Part shown: in pieces, positions 20,885 through 30,029 of the stretch | Layout of the letters: each line of letters starts with the position of its first letter | Position numbering within the stretch: the first letter of the stretch is position 1 | Assembly: GCA_964529175.1 (NCBI GenBank) | Contig: CAZGVO010000003.1 | Location: forward strand, 195,120-259,119 | Source of the DNA: an uncultured Bifidobacterium sp. | GTDB lineage: Bacteria > Bacteroidota > Bacteroidia > UKL13-3 | DNA: 64,000 bases | Direction: 5' to 3' | The notes under the pieces: model-generated | The model's input: only the letters and a program-made list of their open reading frames with translations | Database searches by the model: none | Told to the model about the DNA's origin: nothing | Position numbers and translations under genes: made by a program

Positions 20885-21337
20885 TTAGTTTGACGAGTTA
20901 GGGTTTTTCCAATATTTAAGCGGAACTATAAGCATTCCAAAATTTTCGCCATGCTCTTTTGCCAAATATTTATGATGGATTTTATGCGCCCTGCGAATTG
21001 CTTTTACATAACGATTGTTCCAATGAGTAAAAATTTTGAACCTTTGATGAATGATAATATCATGCACAATGAAATAAGCTAAACCATATAACGAAATTCC
21101 AATGCCAATGTATAATCTAAAATCGTTGTACATAAGGCCTGTCATGTAACAATAAGCACTTGGAATGGCAAAAATTAAAAAGAAACTATCGTTTTTTTCG
21201 AAAAAACCAGGTTCTACTTGATGGTGGTCTTTATGCAAATACCAAAGTAAACCATGCATAATAAACTTGTGAGTAAACCAAGCCATAAACTCCATAAACC
21301 AAAAAGTAAGAAACACTACTAAAATATTAAACCACAT
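20885..21337 (-). CDS. crtZ: Beta-carotene hydroxylase
   Basis: The 150-aa protein has the histidine boxes HKFIMHG, HKDHH and HKIHH typical of CrtZ sterol-desaturase-family enzymes. Confidence 0.8.
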   Translation of the reverse strand: MWFNILVVFLTFWFMEFMAWFTHKFIMHGLLWYLHKDHHQVEPGFFEKNDSFFLIFAIPSAYCYMTGLMYNDFRLYIGIGISLYGLAYFIVHDIIIHQRFKIFTHWNNRYVKAIRRAHKIHHKYLAKEHGENFGMLIVPLKYWKNPNSSN

Positions 21338-21400
21338 ATATTTTTAAAATCGTTTTATTATACTAAACACTTTAATTGGAAATTGTTTTTAGAAAAAAAT

Positions 21401-22045
21401 CTAATACCACCAATTCATTCCTGCAAAAAACACCAATTGGAAAACATATAACCAAGGTGCAATTTTATTGGTTAATGGCAACTCTAATTTTTGGTAAACA
21501 AACATAAAAGCAAAGGCAAAAATATACCAAGCTGTGTAGTTTTGAATAGGAATACTGCCATTTTTCCAATACCAAAAATCTAATTGCGGAGCCACATGTT
21601 CAATTAAAAAATCAACACACAACATGAACAAGGCACTTAAAGCAATTTTTATGATTGGGTTAACTGTATTTAGTTTGCCAATTTTACTGAAAAACAGTTC
21701 GGCCACATGCATAGAAACATAACATAGCATTACCCAGTTTAAACCAATAATTACAGGCACATCAGCCATTTTTAAGCCAAGGTTATTTCCATAAAAATAC
21801 TGACCAAAAATTCTACCAGTAGTAACTCCTAAAAGTTCTAAAATATAACCTGCTTGAAAAACACCAATGGCCCAAATCCAGAAAAAAGTGTTTTTAGGTT
21901 GATGGAAATAAAACAACACAACTGCACTAATTATCAAATTGATAGGAGAAAGTGATAATAAATCTAACTTAAAAATAGCAGAGCCAAAAAGCCCCACAGC
22001 ATATAAAATGGCTAAAATTATAATGGCAATATTTTCTTTTTTCAT
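21401..22045 (-). CDS. Carotenoid biosynthesis membrane protein (PF04240/DUF422-like)
   Basis: The 214-aa multi-transmembrane protein sits between crtZ and the desaturase. The family assignment is from memory of the fold and is not verified. Confidence 0.45.
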   Translation of the reverse strand: MKKENIAIIILAILYAVGLFGSAIFKLDLLSLSPINLIISAVVLFYFHQPKNTFFWIWAIGVFQAGYILELLGVTTGRIFGQYFYGNNLGLKMADVPVIIGLNWVMLCYVSMHVAELFFSKIGKLNTVNPIIKIALSALFMLCVDFLIEHVAPQLDFWYWKNGSIPIQNYTAWYIFAFAFMFVYQKLELPLTNKIAPWLYVFQLVFFAGMNWWY

Positions 22046-22124
22046 TTCATTTTACTTATACTTTTTTTCAAAATTCGTTTCGACAAGCTCAACGACCACG
22101 GGCATTGAGCTTGTCGAAATGCAA

Positions 22125-23603
22125 TTACTTTCCATAATCATCCTTAATTAAACCAGCGGCAATTTTAGCTGAATTTAAACACAAAGGAATTCCTCCACCA
22201 GGATGCACCGAACCGCCACAAAAGTACAATCCTTTTATATCAGAACTAAAATTTTTATGCCTTAAAAATGCTGCATACCTATTATTACTTGCATTGCCAT
22301 AGAGCGCACCAAGGTGGCTGCTGGTTTTGCTTTCAATACTTCGTGGATCTAATATATTTTCGGTTACAATGTACTTTTCAATATCAGTTTTCAACAAACG
22401 ATTTAATTTTGAAACAATATTTTTTCGTGCTTCAGCAATTAATTCATCCCAATTTTGCCCTTGGTTATTGGGTGTATTTATCATCAAGAACCAATTTTCG
22501 CAACACGCAGGTGCATCATCTGGCTTATATTTAGAGGTAATGTTAATGTAAATAGTTGGGTCTGCGTAAATGTTTTTTTTACTAAAAATATGCTCAAATT
22601 CTTCTTGGTAATTTTCGGTAAAAAGTATATTATGTAAATCTAACTCGGCAAATTGTTTATTAATTCCCCAATAAAAAATTAAAGCTGACGAAGACTTTTC
22701 TTGCACTAAAATTTTTTCAGGATGTTTTACCTTTGGCAATAACTTTTTGTAAGTAGGGTAAATATCCATGTTCGATAACACAATATCTGCCTCATAAAAC
22801 TGCTCTCCTGCTTTTACGCCTTTTACCTGCTTGTTACTTTGGTTTAAAACTATTTCAGAAACCTTTTTATTAAACTCAAAATTTACTCCTAAATCCAAAG
22901 CCAATTGGTAAATACTTTGGCTAATTTGATGCATGCCATTTTTAGGAAAAAAAGTTCCAATATTGCTTTCTAAATGCGGAATCATATTCAATAAAGCTGG
23001 CGATTGATATGGGTTACTGCCATTGTAAGTAGCAAATCTGTTAAAGTACTGAACCAATCTTTTATCAGCAAAAATTTGCTCATTTTCGTGGTTCATACTG
23101 TTAAACAAATTAAGTTTTAAAATACTTAAAATGCCTTTAAGCGTAGCTAAATTTAAAAAGTTCTTTACTTTATGTAAACTACTTTCTATAAAAATAGGTG
23201 TGGTGGTTTTATACCTAAACTCAGCATTTTTAAGGTATTGAAAAAATGGTTTTGGATTGGTTAATCCTAACTTTTGGTTTAGTTCATTGGCCATTTTTTC
23301 TGGCTGATGGTAAGCTGTAAAACGGGTTCCATCTTCGTAAAAATAATTGCAAGTTTTTTCTAACTGCAAGTATTCAAAACTGTTTTTATTTTGCTTTGCA
23401 ATATCATACAGTTCAAGCACTAACTGAGGCAACGTAAAAAGCGAAGGACCAGCATCAAATCTAAAACCTTGTTGAGTAAACTCGGTTAATTTTCCGCCAA
23501 AATAAGCATTGGCTTCCAAAACTGTTACTTTAAAGCCCATTGATTGAAGCCTAACAGCACTGGCTAAGCCAGCTATTCCAGAGCCAATTATTACTATTTT
23601 CAT
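22125..23603 (-). CDS. Phytoene desaturase-family FAD oxidoreductase (CrtI/CrtD-like)
   Basis: The 492-aa protein has an N-terminal GSGIAGL Rossmann motif and is carotene-desaturase-like throughout. Confidence 0.7.
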   Translation of the reverse strand: MKIVIIGSGIAGLASAVRLQSMGFKVTVLEANAYFGGKLTEFTQQGFRFDAGPSLFTLPQLVLELYDIAKQNKNSFEYLQLEKTCNYFYEDGTRFTAYHQPEKMANELNQKLGLTNPKPFFQYLKNAEFRYKTTTPIFIESSLHKVKNFLNLATLKGILSILKLNLFNSMNHENEQIFADKRLVQYFNRFATYNGSNPYQSPALLNMIPHLESNIGTFFPKNGMHQISQSIYQLALDLGVNFEFNKKVSEIVLNQSNKQVKGVKAGEQFYEADIVLSNMDIYPTYKKLLPKVKHPEKILVQEKSSSALIFYWGINKQFAELDLHNILFTENYQEEFEHIFSKKNIYADPTIYINITSKYKPDDAPACCENWFLMINTPNNQGQNWDELIAEARKNIVSKLNRLLKTDIEKYIVTENILDPRSIESKTSSHLGALYGNASNNRYAAFLRHKNFSSDIKGLYFCGGSVHPGGGIPLCLNSAKIAAGLIKDDYGK

Positions 23604-23711
23604 CTTTGATTTATAACCCCAAATGTAACATTGGGTTTTTAATTGTTACAAAAAAATAAAAAATAGCTTTTTCTATTCTTTCACTTATTTTATTTTTAGT
23701 AATTTGCGCCC

Positions 23712-24746
23712 ATGTTTAATGAACCTGAAATAACAAAATTAGAAACAATTGGCGAGTTTGGCTTAATTAAACAACTTACGCAACACATTGAATTAAAGAA
23801 TAATACACTTAAAGGTGTAGGCGATGATGCTGCAGTAATTAATCCTACTAACGGAAAAGTTACTTTGGTTTCAACCGATATGTTGCTTGAAGGAATTCAT
23901 TTTGATTTAAGTTACTTTCCTTTAAAACATTTGGGTTACAAGGCCGTGAGCGTAAATGCAAGCGATATTTATGCTATGAACGGAACGCCCAAACAAATTA
24001 CAGTTTCGTTAGGAATTAGCAGCAAATTTAGCGTAGAAGCAATTCAAGAAATTTACGAAGGCATTCATTTAGCCTGCGAAAAATATAAAATTGATATTAT
24101 TGGTGGCGATACCACCTCAAGCAAACAAGGTTTGGTAATTAGTGTAACCGTAATTGGTGAAGCTGCTGAAAACGAAGTGGTTTACCGAAATGGTGCAATG
24201 GAATATGATTTGGTTTGTGTAACAGGCGATTTAGGCGGTGCTTATGCTGGTTTTCAGTTATTAGAACGTGAAAAACGTGTGTTTATTAACAATCCAGATT
24301 TGCAGCCTGATTTAGCAGGACATGATTATATTTTGGAACGTCAGTTAAAGCCCGAAGCTAGAAAAGATATTATTGATATGTTTAAGGCTTTGGAAATTGT
24401 ACCAACAGCTATGATTGATGTAAGTGATGGTTTGGCTTCTGAAATTTTTCATTTGGCCGACCAATCAAAAATGGGAATTACTATTTACGAAGAAAAAATT
24501 CCAATTGATGCCACCACTTATAACATGGCGCGCGAGTTAGATTTAGATCCAACTTTAACGGCTTTAAGCGGTGGAGAAGATTATGAATTGTTATTTACCA
24601 TCAAACAAAGTGATTATAAAAAAATAGAAAACCATCCTGATTTTACCGTAATTGGTCATGTAACCAAACCCGATGAAGGTGTTAACATGATCAGCAAAGG
24701 CGGTCAAAAACACGAGTTAAAAGCTCAAGGTTGGAAAGCATTTTAG
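23712..24746 (+). CDS. thiL: Thiamine-monophosphate kinase
   Basis: The 344-aa protein has the AIR-synthase-related fold. Its N-terminus is GEFGLI...GDDAAV. Confidence 0.8.
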   Translation: MFNEPEITKLETIGEFGLIKQLTQHIELKNNTLKGVGDDAAVINPTNGKVTLVSTDMLLEGIHFDLSYFPLKHLGYKAVSVNASDIYAMNGTPKQITVSLGISSKFSVEAIQEIYEGIHLACEKYKIDIIGGDTTSSKQGLVISVTVIGEAAENEVVYRNGAMEYDLVCVTGDLGGAYAGFQLLEREKRVFINNPDLQPDLAGHDYILERQLKPEARKDIIDMFKALEIVPTAMIDVSDGLASEIFHLADQSKMGITIYEEKIPIDATTYNMARELDLDPTLTALSGGEDYELLFTIKQSDYKKIENHPDFTVIGHVTKPDEGVNMISKGGQKHELKAQGWKAF

Positions 24747-24905
24747 AGAATAATGCATGAACGTCATGCTGAGGCACGAAGCATCTTTATAAGGTGTAAT
24801 AAAGTTCCTTCTTCCGCTTTGGCGGAATCAGGATGACGATCCCGCACAAAAAAACAAAGAAACAAACGGCCAGAGGCTAACAACCAAAAGCCAGAAGCAA
24901 AAAAT

Positions 24906-25598
24906 ATGAAAATAGGTGTATTAATATTTCCGGGAAGTAATTGCGATAAAGACGCAGTTTGGGCATTTCAAAACATGTTTGGCCAAGAAGTAGTAGAACT
25001 TTGGCATAAAGATACTGATTTACAAAATGTAGATTTGGTGTTTTTACCAGGTGGTTTTAGCTATGGCGATTATTTACGCAGCGGTGCAATTGCCCGTTTT
25101 TCGCCTATTATGCAAAGTGTAATTGAATTTGCCAATAATGGCGGATTGGTTTGGGGCGTTTGTAATGGTTTTCAAATTTTATGCGAAAGCGGTTTATTGC
25201 CTGGCGCATTGATGCATAACGACCATCAAAAGTTTAATTGCAAAAATGTGTTTATAAAAACCGAAACCAATAACAGTAAAATTACCAGTTTAAATGAAGT
25301 AGGAAAAGCTTTGAAAATTCCAATTGCACATGGAGAAGGAAGATTCTATTGCAACGATGAATTATTGCAAGATTTAAAAGCAAACGATCAAATTTTATTT
25401 AGATACTGCGATGAAAATGGAAACGTTTCTGCTGAAACCAATCCTAATGGCGCATTGGATAATATAGCTGGAATTTGTAATAAAAACCGCAATGTGTTTG
25501 GCATGATGCCTCACCCAGAACGTGCGGTAGATGGTGATATTTACAATACTGACGGACGCATTATGTTCGAAAGTTTGTTGCAGTTGGTTAATAGTTAA
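24906..25598 (+). CDS. purQ: Phosphoribosylformylglycinamidine synthase subunit PurQ (glutaminase)
   Basis: The 230-aa protein is a class-I glutamine amidotransferase with GVCNGFQ and HPE motifs. Confidence 0.85.
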   Translation: MKIGVLIFPGSNCDKDAVWAFQNMFGQEVVELWHKDTDLQNVDLVFLPGGFSYGDYLRSGAIARFSPIMQSVIEFANNGGLVWGVCNGFQILCESGLLPGALMHNDHQKFNCKNVFIKTETNNSKITSLNEVGKALKIPIAHGEGRFYCNDELLQDLKANDQILFRYCDENGNVSAETNPNGALDNIAGICNKNRNVFGMMPHPERAVDGDIYNTDGRIMFESLLQLVNS

Positions 25599-25640
25599 TA
25601 GACGATAGACCATGGTCAATTAACTATGGACTATTATCTA
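25590..25640. repeat. Third locus of the palindromic GACCATGGTC/GACGATAG repeat family, wedged between the convergent purQ and dtd stop codons
   Basis: The sequence gttaatagttaatagacgatagaccatggtc...ctatggacta shares its first 17 nt with the copy at 1001-1017. The repeat supplies the codons VNS and a TAA-TAG double stop to purQ. Confidence 0.6.
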
Positions 25641-26090
25641 TTCCTTCAACTTACTATCAATCATTATAGTCACAGGGCCATTATTGGTTAAGCTGATTTG
25701 CATATCGGCACCAAATGATCCTGTGGCTATTTTTTTGCCCAAAAGCTCTTCCAGTTTTGCAATCATTTTTTCGTACAAAGGAATTGCAAATTCGGGCCTA
25801 CTAGCTTTGATATAAGATGGGCGGTTTCCTTTTTTAGTAGAGGCAAAAAGTGTAAATTGACTTACCAATAAAATATCGAAATTGGCATCAATAAGTGAAA
25901 TATTCATCACGCCATTTTCATCGTTAAACACCCTGAGATTTACTATTTTCTGTGCCAACCAATTGATATCTTCTTCCGAATCAGCATCCTCAATTCCTAA
26001 TAAAATCAATAAACCATTTCCGATTTCAGAAAATAGTTTGTTATCAATACGGACTTGGGCTTTTGTAACTCGTTGAATAATAATGCGCAT
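25638..26090 (-). CDS. dtd: D-aminoacyl-tRNA deacylase
   Basis: The 150-aa protein begins MRIIIQRV and carries the SQFTL and NGPVT motifs. Confidence 0.85.
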   Translation of the reverse strand: MRIIIQRVTKAQVRIDNKLFSEIGNGLLILLGIEDADSEEDINWLAQKIVNLRVFNDENGVMNISLIDANFDILLVSQFTLFASTKKGNRPSYIKASRPEFAIPLYEKMIAKLEELLGKKIATGSFGADMQISLTNNGPVTIMIDSKLKE

Positions 26091-26093
26091 GGG

Positions 26094-27002
26094 TTAGTTA
26101 TTATATGTCTTTTTCGTTTCTTCAATTACAATAATAATTTTTTGAAAATGTAAAAAATCATCATAAGTAAAAATCTTATTTTTATTTAACTCAAACCAAT
26201 AAATTATTGGATGGAAATTACCTATTTTATAATTGTATATGTTATTTGGTATGGTTTTAAAAAACTGCTCTTGTGAAAATTGTTCGGGAACAAAATTCCC
26301 TTCCGAAGGAGGGGTGTGCCGATAATTATCGCTAGAAGACCGGGGTGGCAAAATCAATGTATTTCCATCAAAATGATTAGCATAATTTTCAATAAAAAAA
26401 TTCTCTAACTCTTGCATCACATAAGTTAAACGTTTAAAAACATCAATTACTTTGATTCTAAAAACCCTTAACCCCAACTGCTTAAAATATGCTTCTCTTT
26501 CATTATCGTACTCTACTTTACTATCGTGGCTAGAACCATCTATTTCAATAACCAACCCAAATCTTTTAACATAAAAATCGACTATATAGTTACCTATAAC
26601 TCGTTGCCTATCAAAGTCAATATTATGAAAACCACCTTTGGTTACTTGTTTCCAAAACAATACTTCCGATAAATTTCTAGCTTGCCTTAACTGCTTTGCT
26701 TTTTCTTTCAAATTAGGGTTAAAAGGCAGTTCTGTAATTGGATTTTGAGTTAAAATAATATCATTGATAGCAATAACTCTATATGGCTTTTTTAACTCCC
26801 CGGTCTTCGACCACCCCTCTTTTTGAGGGGAATTTGACAGCCCGCACTTTTTGAATCCAATAATTGAAGAGCTAGTTTTATTATCAATAAATGCTTTCAA
26901 AAGTATTATCAAATTTTCAGAAAATGATTTACTCTGAATATTTTCAACTTTTACAAGTTGGTTTAAATAGGTAAAATATTCTTCAAAAGTCATTTCATAC
27001 AA
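26094..27002 (-). CDS. DUF559 (Vsr/Mrr-like endonuclease) domain-containing protein with unusual N- and C-terminal extensions
   Basis: The 302-aa protein has a central DUF559 core around residues 92-199 (LSEVLFWKQV...YIVDFYV...LVIEIDGSSHD...RVFRI). The flanking sequence is unrecognised. Two GC-rich islands in the coding DNA are inverted repeats of each other. Confidence 0.6.
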   Translation of the reverse strand: MYEMTFEEYFTYLNQLVKVENIQSKSFSENLIILLKAFIDNKTSSSIIGFKKCGLSNSPQKEGWSKTGELKKPYRVIAINDIILTQNPITELPFNPNLKEKAKQLRQARNLSEVLFWKQVTKGGFHNIDFDRQRVIGNYIVDFYVKRFGLVIEIDGSSHDSKVEYDNEREAYFKQLGLRVFRIKVIDVFKRLTYVMQELENFFIENYANHFDGNTLILPPRSSSDNYRHTPPSEGNFVPEQFSQEQFFKTIPNNIYNYKIGNFHPIIYWFELNKNKIFTYDDFLHFQKIIIVIEETKKTYNN

Positions 27003-27004
27003 CC

Positions 27005-27928
27005 CTAATTAAACACATCTTCGTTAGCCATAATGCTGAGGTAACTTTGATAACGTTCGGCAGGAATTATGCCTTGTTCAATGGCTTCTAAAACCGCGCA
27101 TTGAGGTTCGTTCATGTGTTTGCAATTATTGAATCTGCATTTACCTATATAGGGTTTCATTTCTTTAAAATAATGCGATAGTTCTGCATTGTTTAAATCC
27201 ACTACTCCAAACTCTCTAATTCCAGGTGTATCAATAATAAATCCGCCAAAACTTAAAGGATGCATTTGAGCAAAAGTGGTGGTATGTTGTCCATTAAAAC
27301 TCGATTTTGAAATTTCGCCCGTTTTTAAATTTAAGTTAGGCTCAATTCCGTTTAATAACGATGATTTTCCTACACCCGAATGACCAGCAACTAAAGTGGT
27401 TTTATCTTTCAATAAAGCCTTTACTTCATCTAACCCAATTTGGTCATTAACGGAAGTTTTTATGTAATTGTATCCAACCTGATTATGGTATAAATGAATG
27501 GTATCGTTCAATACATCTTCCAATCCATCGGTACATAAATCTACTTTATTAAAAATAATAGTAGTTGGAATATGATAAGCCTCGGCTGTAGCCAAAAATC
27601 TATCAATAAAACCTAGCGAAGTAGTAGGAAAAGCAATGGTTACCATTAATATAGCTTGGTCAATATTACTGGCTATAATATGCGTTTGTTTTGAAAGATT
27701 ACTGGCCTTACGAATGATGTAGTTTTTTCTGTTTTCAATTGAAAAAATCACCCCATTTTCGCTATTGGGTTCCATTTCAAAATTTACTTTATCGCCAACG
27801 GTTACAGGATTGGTGTGTTTTAAACCTTGTAATCTAAACTTACCTTTTAACCTGCAATTTACAATTTGCAAATCGGGTTTCATTACCTCGTACCAACTCC
27901 CAGTTGATTTTACAACAATTCCTTCCAT
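27005..27928 (-). CDS. rsgA: Ribosome small-subunit-dependent GTPase A
   Basis: The 307-aa protein has the GHSGVGKSSLLN P-loop and a C-terminal zinc-finger cysteine cluster. Confidence 0.85.
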   Translation of the reverse strand: MEGIVVKSTGSWYEVMKPDLQIVNCRLKGKFRLQGLKHTNPVTVGDKVNFEMEPNSENGVIFSIENRKNYIIRKASNLSKQTHIIASNIDQAILMVTIAFPTTSLGFIDRFLATAEAYHIPTTIIFNKVDLCTDGLEDVLNDTIHLYHNQVGYNYIKTSVNDQIGLDEVKALLKDKTTLVAGHSGVGKSSLLNGIEPNLNLKTGEISKSSFNGQHTTTFAQMHPLSFGGFIIDTPGIREFGVVDLNNAELSHYFKEMKPYIGKCRFNNCKHMNEPQCAVLEAIEQGIIPAERYQSYLSIMANEDVFN

Positions 27929-28323
27929 TAGCTTTTAATTGAAAATCCTAAATATGCAAACCCAATGCACACCAAATTGGTTAATAAAATATAAGTAAAA
28001 GCTTGTTTAAAAAGCTGTTGTTTAAACATGGTAATGGTTTCAAATGCGAATGATGAATAAGTGGTAAAACCACCTAAAACACCTACGATAAGAAGCAATT
28101 TGATAGTATCGAAATGATTTGGGTTGCTGAGCTGAGTCGAAGCATTTAAAAGCAAAGCATAACACAAACCAATACAAAAGCAGCCAATAGCATTTACCAA
28201 AAAGGTATTTATTGGAAACTGTACTTGGGTGTAATCTTTTAACAATACAGAAAACAAATAGCGCAAAACCGCTCCCAAAGCACCTCCAAGGGCTACAAAA
28301 ATTATTGATTTCATGAAAGGCAA
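27928..28323 (-). CDS. crcB: Fluoride ion channel
   Basis: The 131-aa protein has four transmembrane segments and is CrcB/Fluc-like. Its stop overlaps the rsgA start by 1 nt. Confidence 0.8.
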   Translation of the reverse strand: MPFMKSIIFVALGGALGAVLRYLFSVLLKDYTQVQFPINTFLVNAIGCFCIGLCYALLLNASTQLSNPNHFDTIKLLLIVGVLGGFTTYSSFAFETITMFKQQLFKQAFTYILLTNLVCIGFAYLGFSIKS

Positions 28324-28495
28324 ATATAAGATAGATAATTACAATTAGCCACAGATTGCACGGATTACACAGAAATTTTTAAAAAGAGGATTAATTATGA
28401 AACAACACTTCGACAAGCTCAGTGTTCACCATTCAAAATTCATCATTCAACATTCATAATTTTACCCTACTTTCGCCTTCTTTTTTTTGAAAAAT

Positions 28496-29368
28496 ATGAT
28501 AAAATCAATGACGGGTTTTGGGCAAGCTGAAACCGATACAGACCAATTTTTATGCAAAGTAGATATTAAAGCTTTAAATGGTAAGTTTTTAGATATTAAT
28601 ATTCGTATGCCTCGCAATTTGCAAAACAAGGAGTTGGAGCTGCGCAATGATTTATCGAAAAAGCTAGAAAGAGGTAGTATTAGCATAAGTATCAATATTA
28701 CAAGTAAAAACACCAACGATTCATATTTACCTATCAATCAAGATGTTGCAAAATTTTATTTAACCCAAATAAACATTCTTGCCGCTGAAAGCAATATGCC
28801 TAGTAATCACCTATTTAAATCAATTTTTGATTTCCCTGGAATTATTCAGAGTAAAGAAGATGAAGGCACCAATGAAGATGATTGGAAAATAATTGTGAAT
28901 ACTGTTAACAATGCCTTAGTTGAGTTTAATAAATTTAGAACACGTGAAGGTGAAATTTTAGCCACTGAATTGACTAATTTATGCCAAAGTATTCAAAACA
29001 AGTTGATTGCTTTAGCACCTTTTGAAACTGCAAGAATTGAAAATGTAAGGGCTAAAATAGCTAAAGAGTTAAGTAGCTTACAAACCGATTTGATTGATAA
29101 AAACCGTTTTGAACAAGAGCTGATTTATTATATTGAAAAACTAGATATTAACGAGGAAAAATCGAGGTTAACAGAGCATTGCACTTTCTTTTTAGAAACT
29201 TTAAAACAAGAAACCAATGGTAAAAAATTAGGTTTTATTGCTCAGGAAATGGGCCGCGAAATCAATACCATTGGTAGCAAAAGTAACGATAGTAATATGC
29301 AGCGATTGGTGGTAGAAATGAAAGATGAATTAGAAAAAATTAAGGAACAAATCAATAATATTTGCTAA
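28496..29368 (+). CDS. yicC: YicC/YloC-family protein
   Basis: The protein's N-terminus is MIKSMTGFG. The ORF track starts at a TTG at 28487, but the ATG at 28496 gives the canonical YicC N-terminus. Confidence 0.8.
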   Translation: MIKSMTGFGQAETDTDQFLCKVDIKALNGKFLDINIRMPRNLQNKELELRNDLSKKLERGSISISINITSKNTNDSYLPINQDVAKFYLTQINILAAESNMPSNHLFKSIFDFPGIIQSKEDEGTNEDDWKIIVNTVNNALVEFNKFRTREGEILATELTNLCQSIQNKLIALAPFETARIENVRAKIAKELSSLQTDLIDKNRFEQELIYYIEKLDINEEKSRLTEHCTFFLETLKQETNGKKLGFIAQEMGREINTIGSKSNDSNMQRLVVEMKDELEKIKEQINNIC

Positions 29369-29462
29369 TTAGATCAGCCACTGATTATACAGATTTCACA
29401 GAAATTAATTATAAAGATTTCTGCGATTATCAGCGAAATCTGCGGGAAATAAAAAGAATAAA

Positions 29463-30026
29463 ATGAATAAAGTAATTATATTTTGTGCGCCAAGTGGCAG
29501 CGGAAAAACCACCATTGTAAAACATTTATTAAGTGTAAATAAGCAATTGGCCTTTTCGGTATCGGCTTGTACACGCGCACAAAGAGCCAATGAGGTGCAT
29601 GGTAAAGATTATTATTTTTTAACACACGAAGATTTTAAAAACAAACTGGTTCATGGTGAGTTTTTAGAATACGAAGAAGTTTATGGAGGTAATTTTTACG
29701 GTACTTTAAAATCGGAAATTGACAGGATTTGGGCAGAAGGTAAAGTGGTGATTTTTGATGTAGATGTAGTGGGTGGATTAAACCTAAAAAAACACTTTGA
29801 AGAAAAAGCCTTGGCCATTTTTGTAAAACCACCAAGTGTGGAAATTTTAGCACAAAGGTTAAAAGAACGCTCTACCGAAACGGAAGAAACCTTGCAAGTT
29901 AGAATTGGTAAAGCTGTTTTGGAATTGGCTTACGAAAATAAGTTTGAAACTGTGTTATTAAACGAAAACCTACCTGAAGCATTGCGAAAAGCAGAGCAAT
30001 TAGTAAATGATTTTATAGCAAAATAA
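29463..30026 (+). CDS. gmk: Guanylate kinase
   Basis: The 187-aa protein has the GPSGSGK-type P-loop (APSGSGKTT). Confidence 0.85.
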   Translation: MNKVIIFCAPSGSGKTTIVKHLLSVNKQLAFSVSACTRAQRANEVHGKDYYFLTHEDFKNKLVHGEFLEYEEVYGGNFYGTLKSEIDRIWAEGKVVIFDVDVVGGLNLKKHFEEKALAIFVKPPSVEILAQRLKERSTETEETLQVRIGKAVLELAYENKFETVLLNENLPEALRKAEQLVNDFIAK

Positions 30027-30029
30027 AAA

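Noticed and set aside
22268-22637. Three overlapping 60-88-aa plus-strand ORFs inside the desaturase gene
   Set aside because: They are antisense to a conserved FAD-oxidoreductase CDS. They are Cys/Phe-rich low-complexity translations typical of AT-rich antisense frames.
24747-24905. purS gene between thiL and purQ
   Set aside because: The gap is only ~160 bp and the only ORF is 26 codons with no PurS similarity.
28324-28486. Fluoride riboswitch upstream of crcB
   Set aside because: The conserved GAUGG / CGCC / CUGAUGA elements were not found by eye on either strand. The possibility is recorded as a finding for formal covariance-model testing instead.
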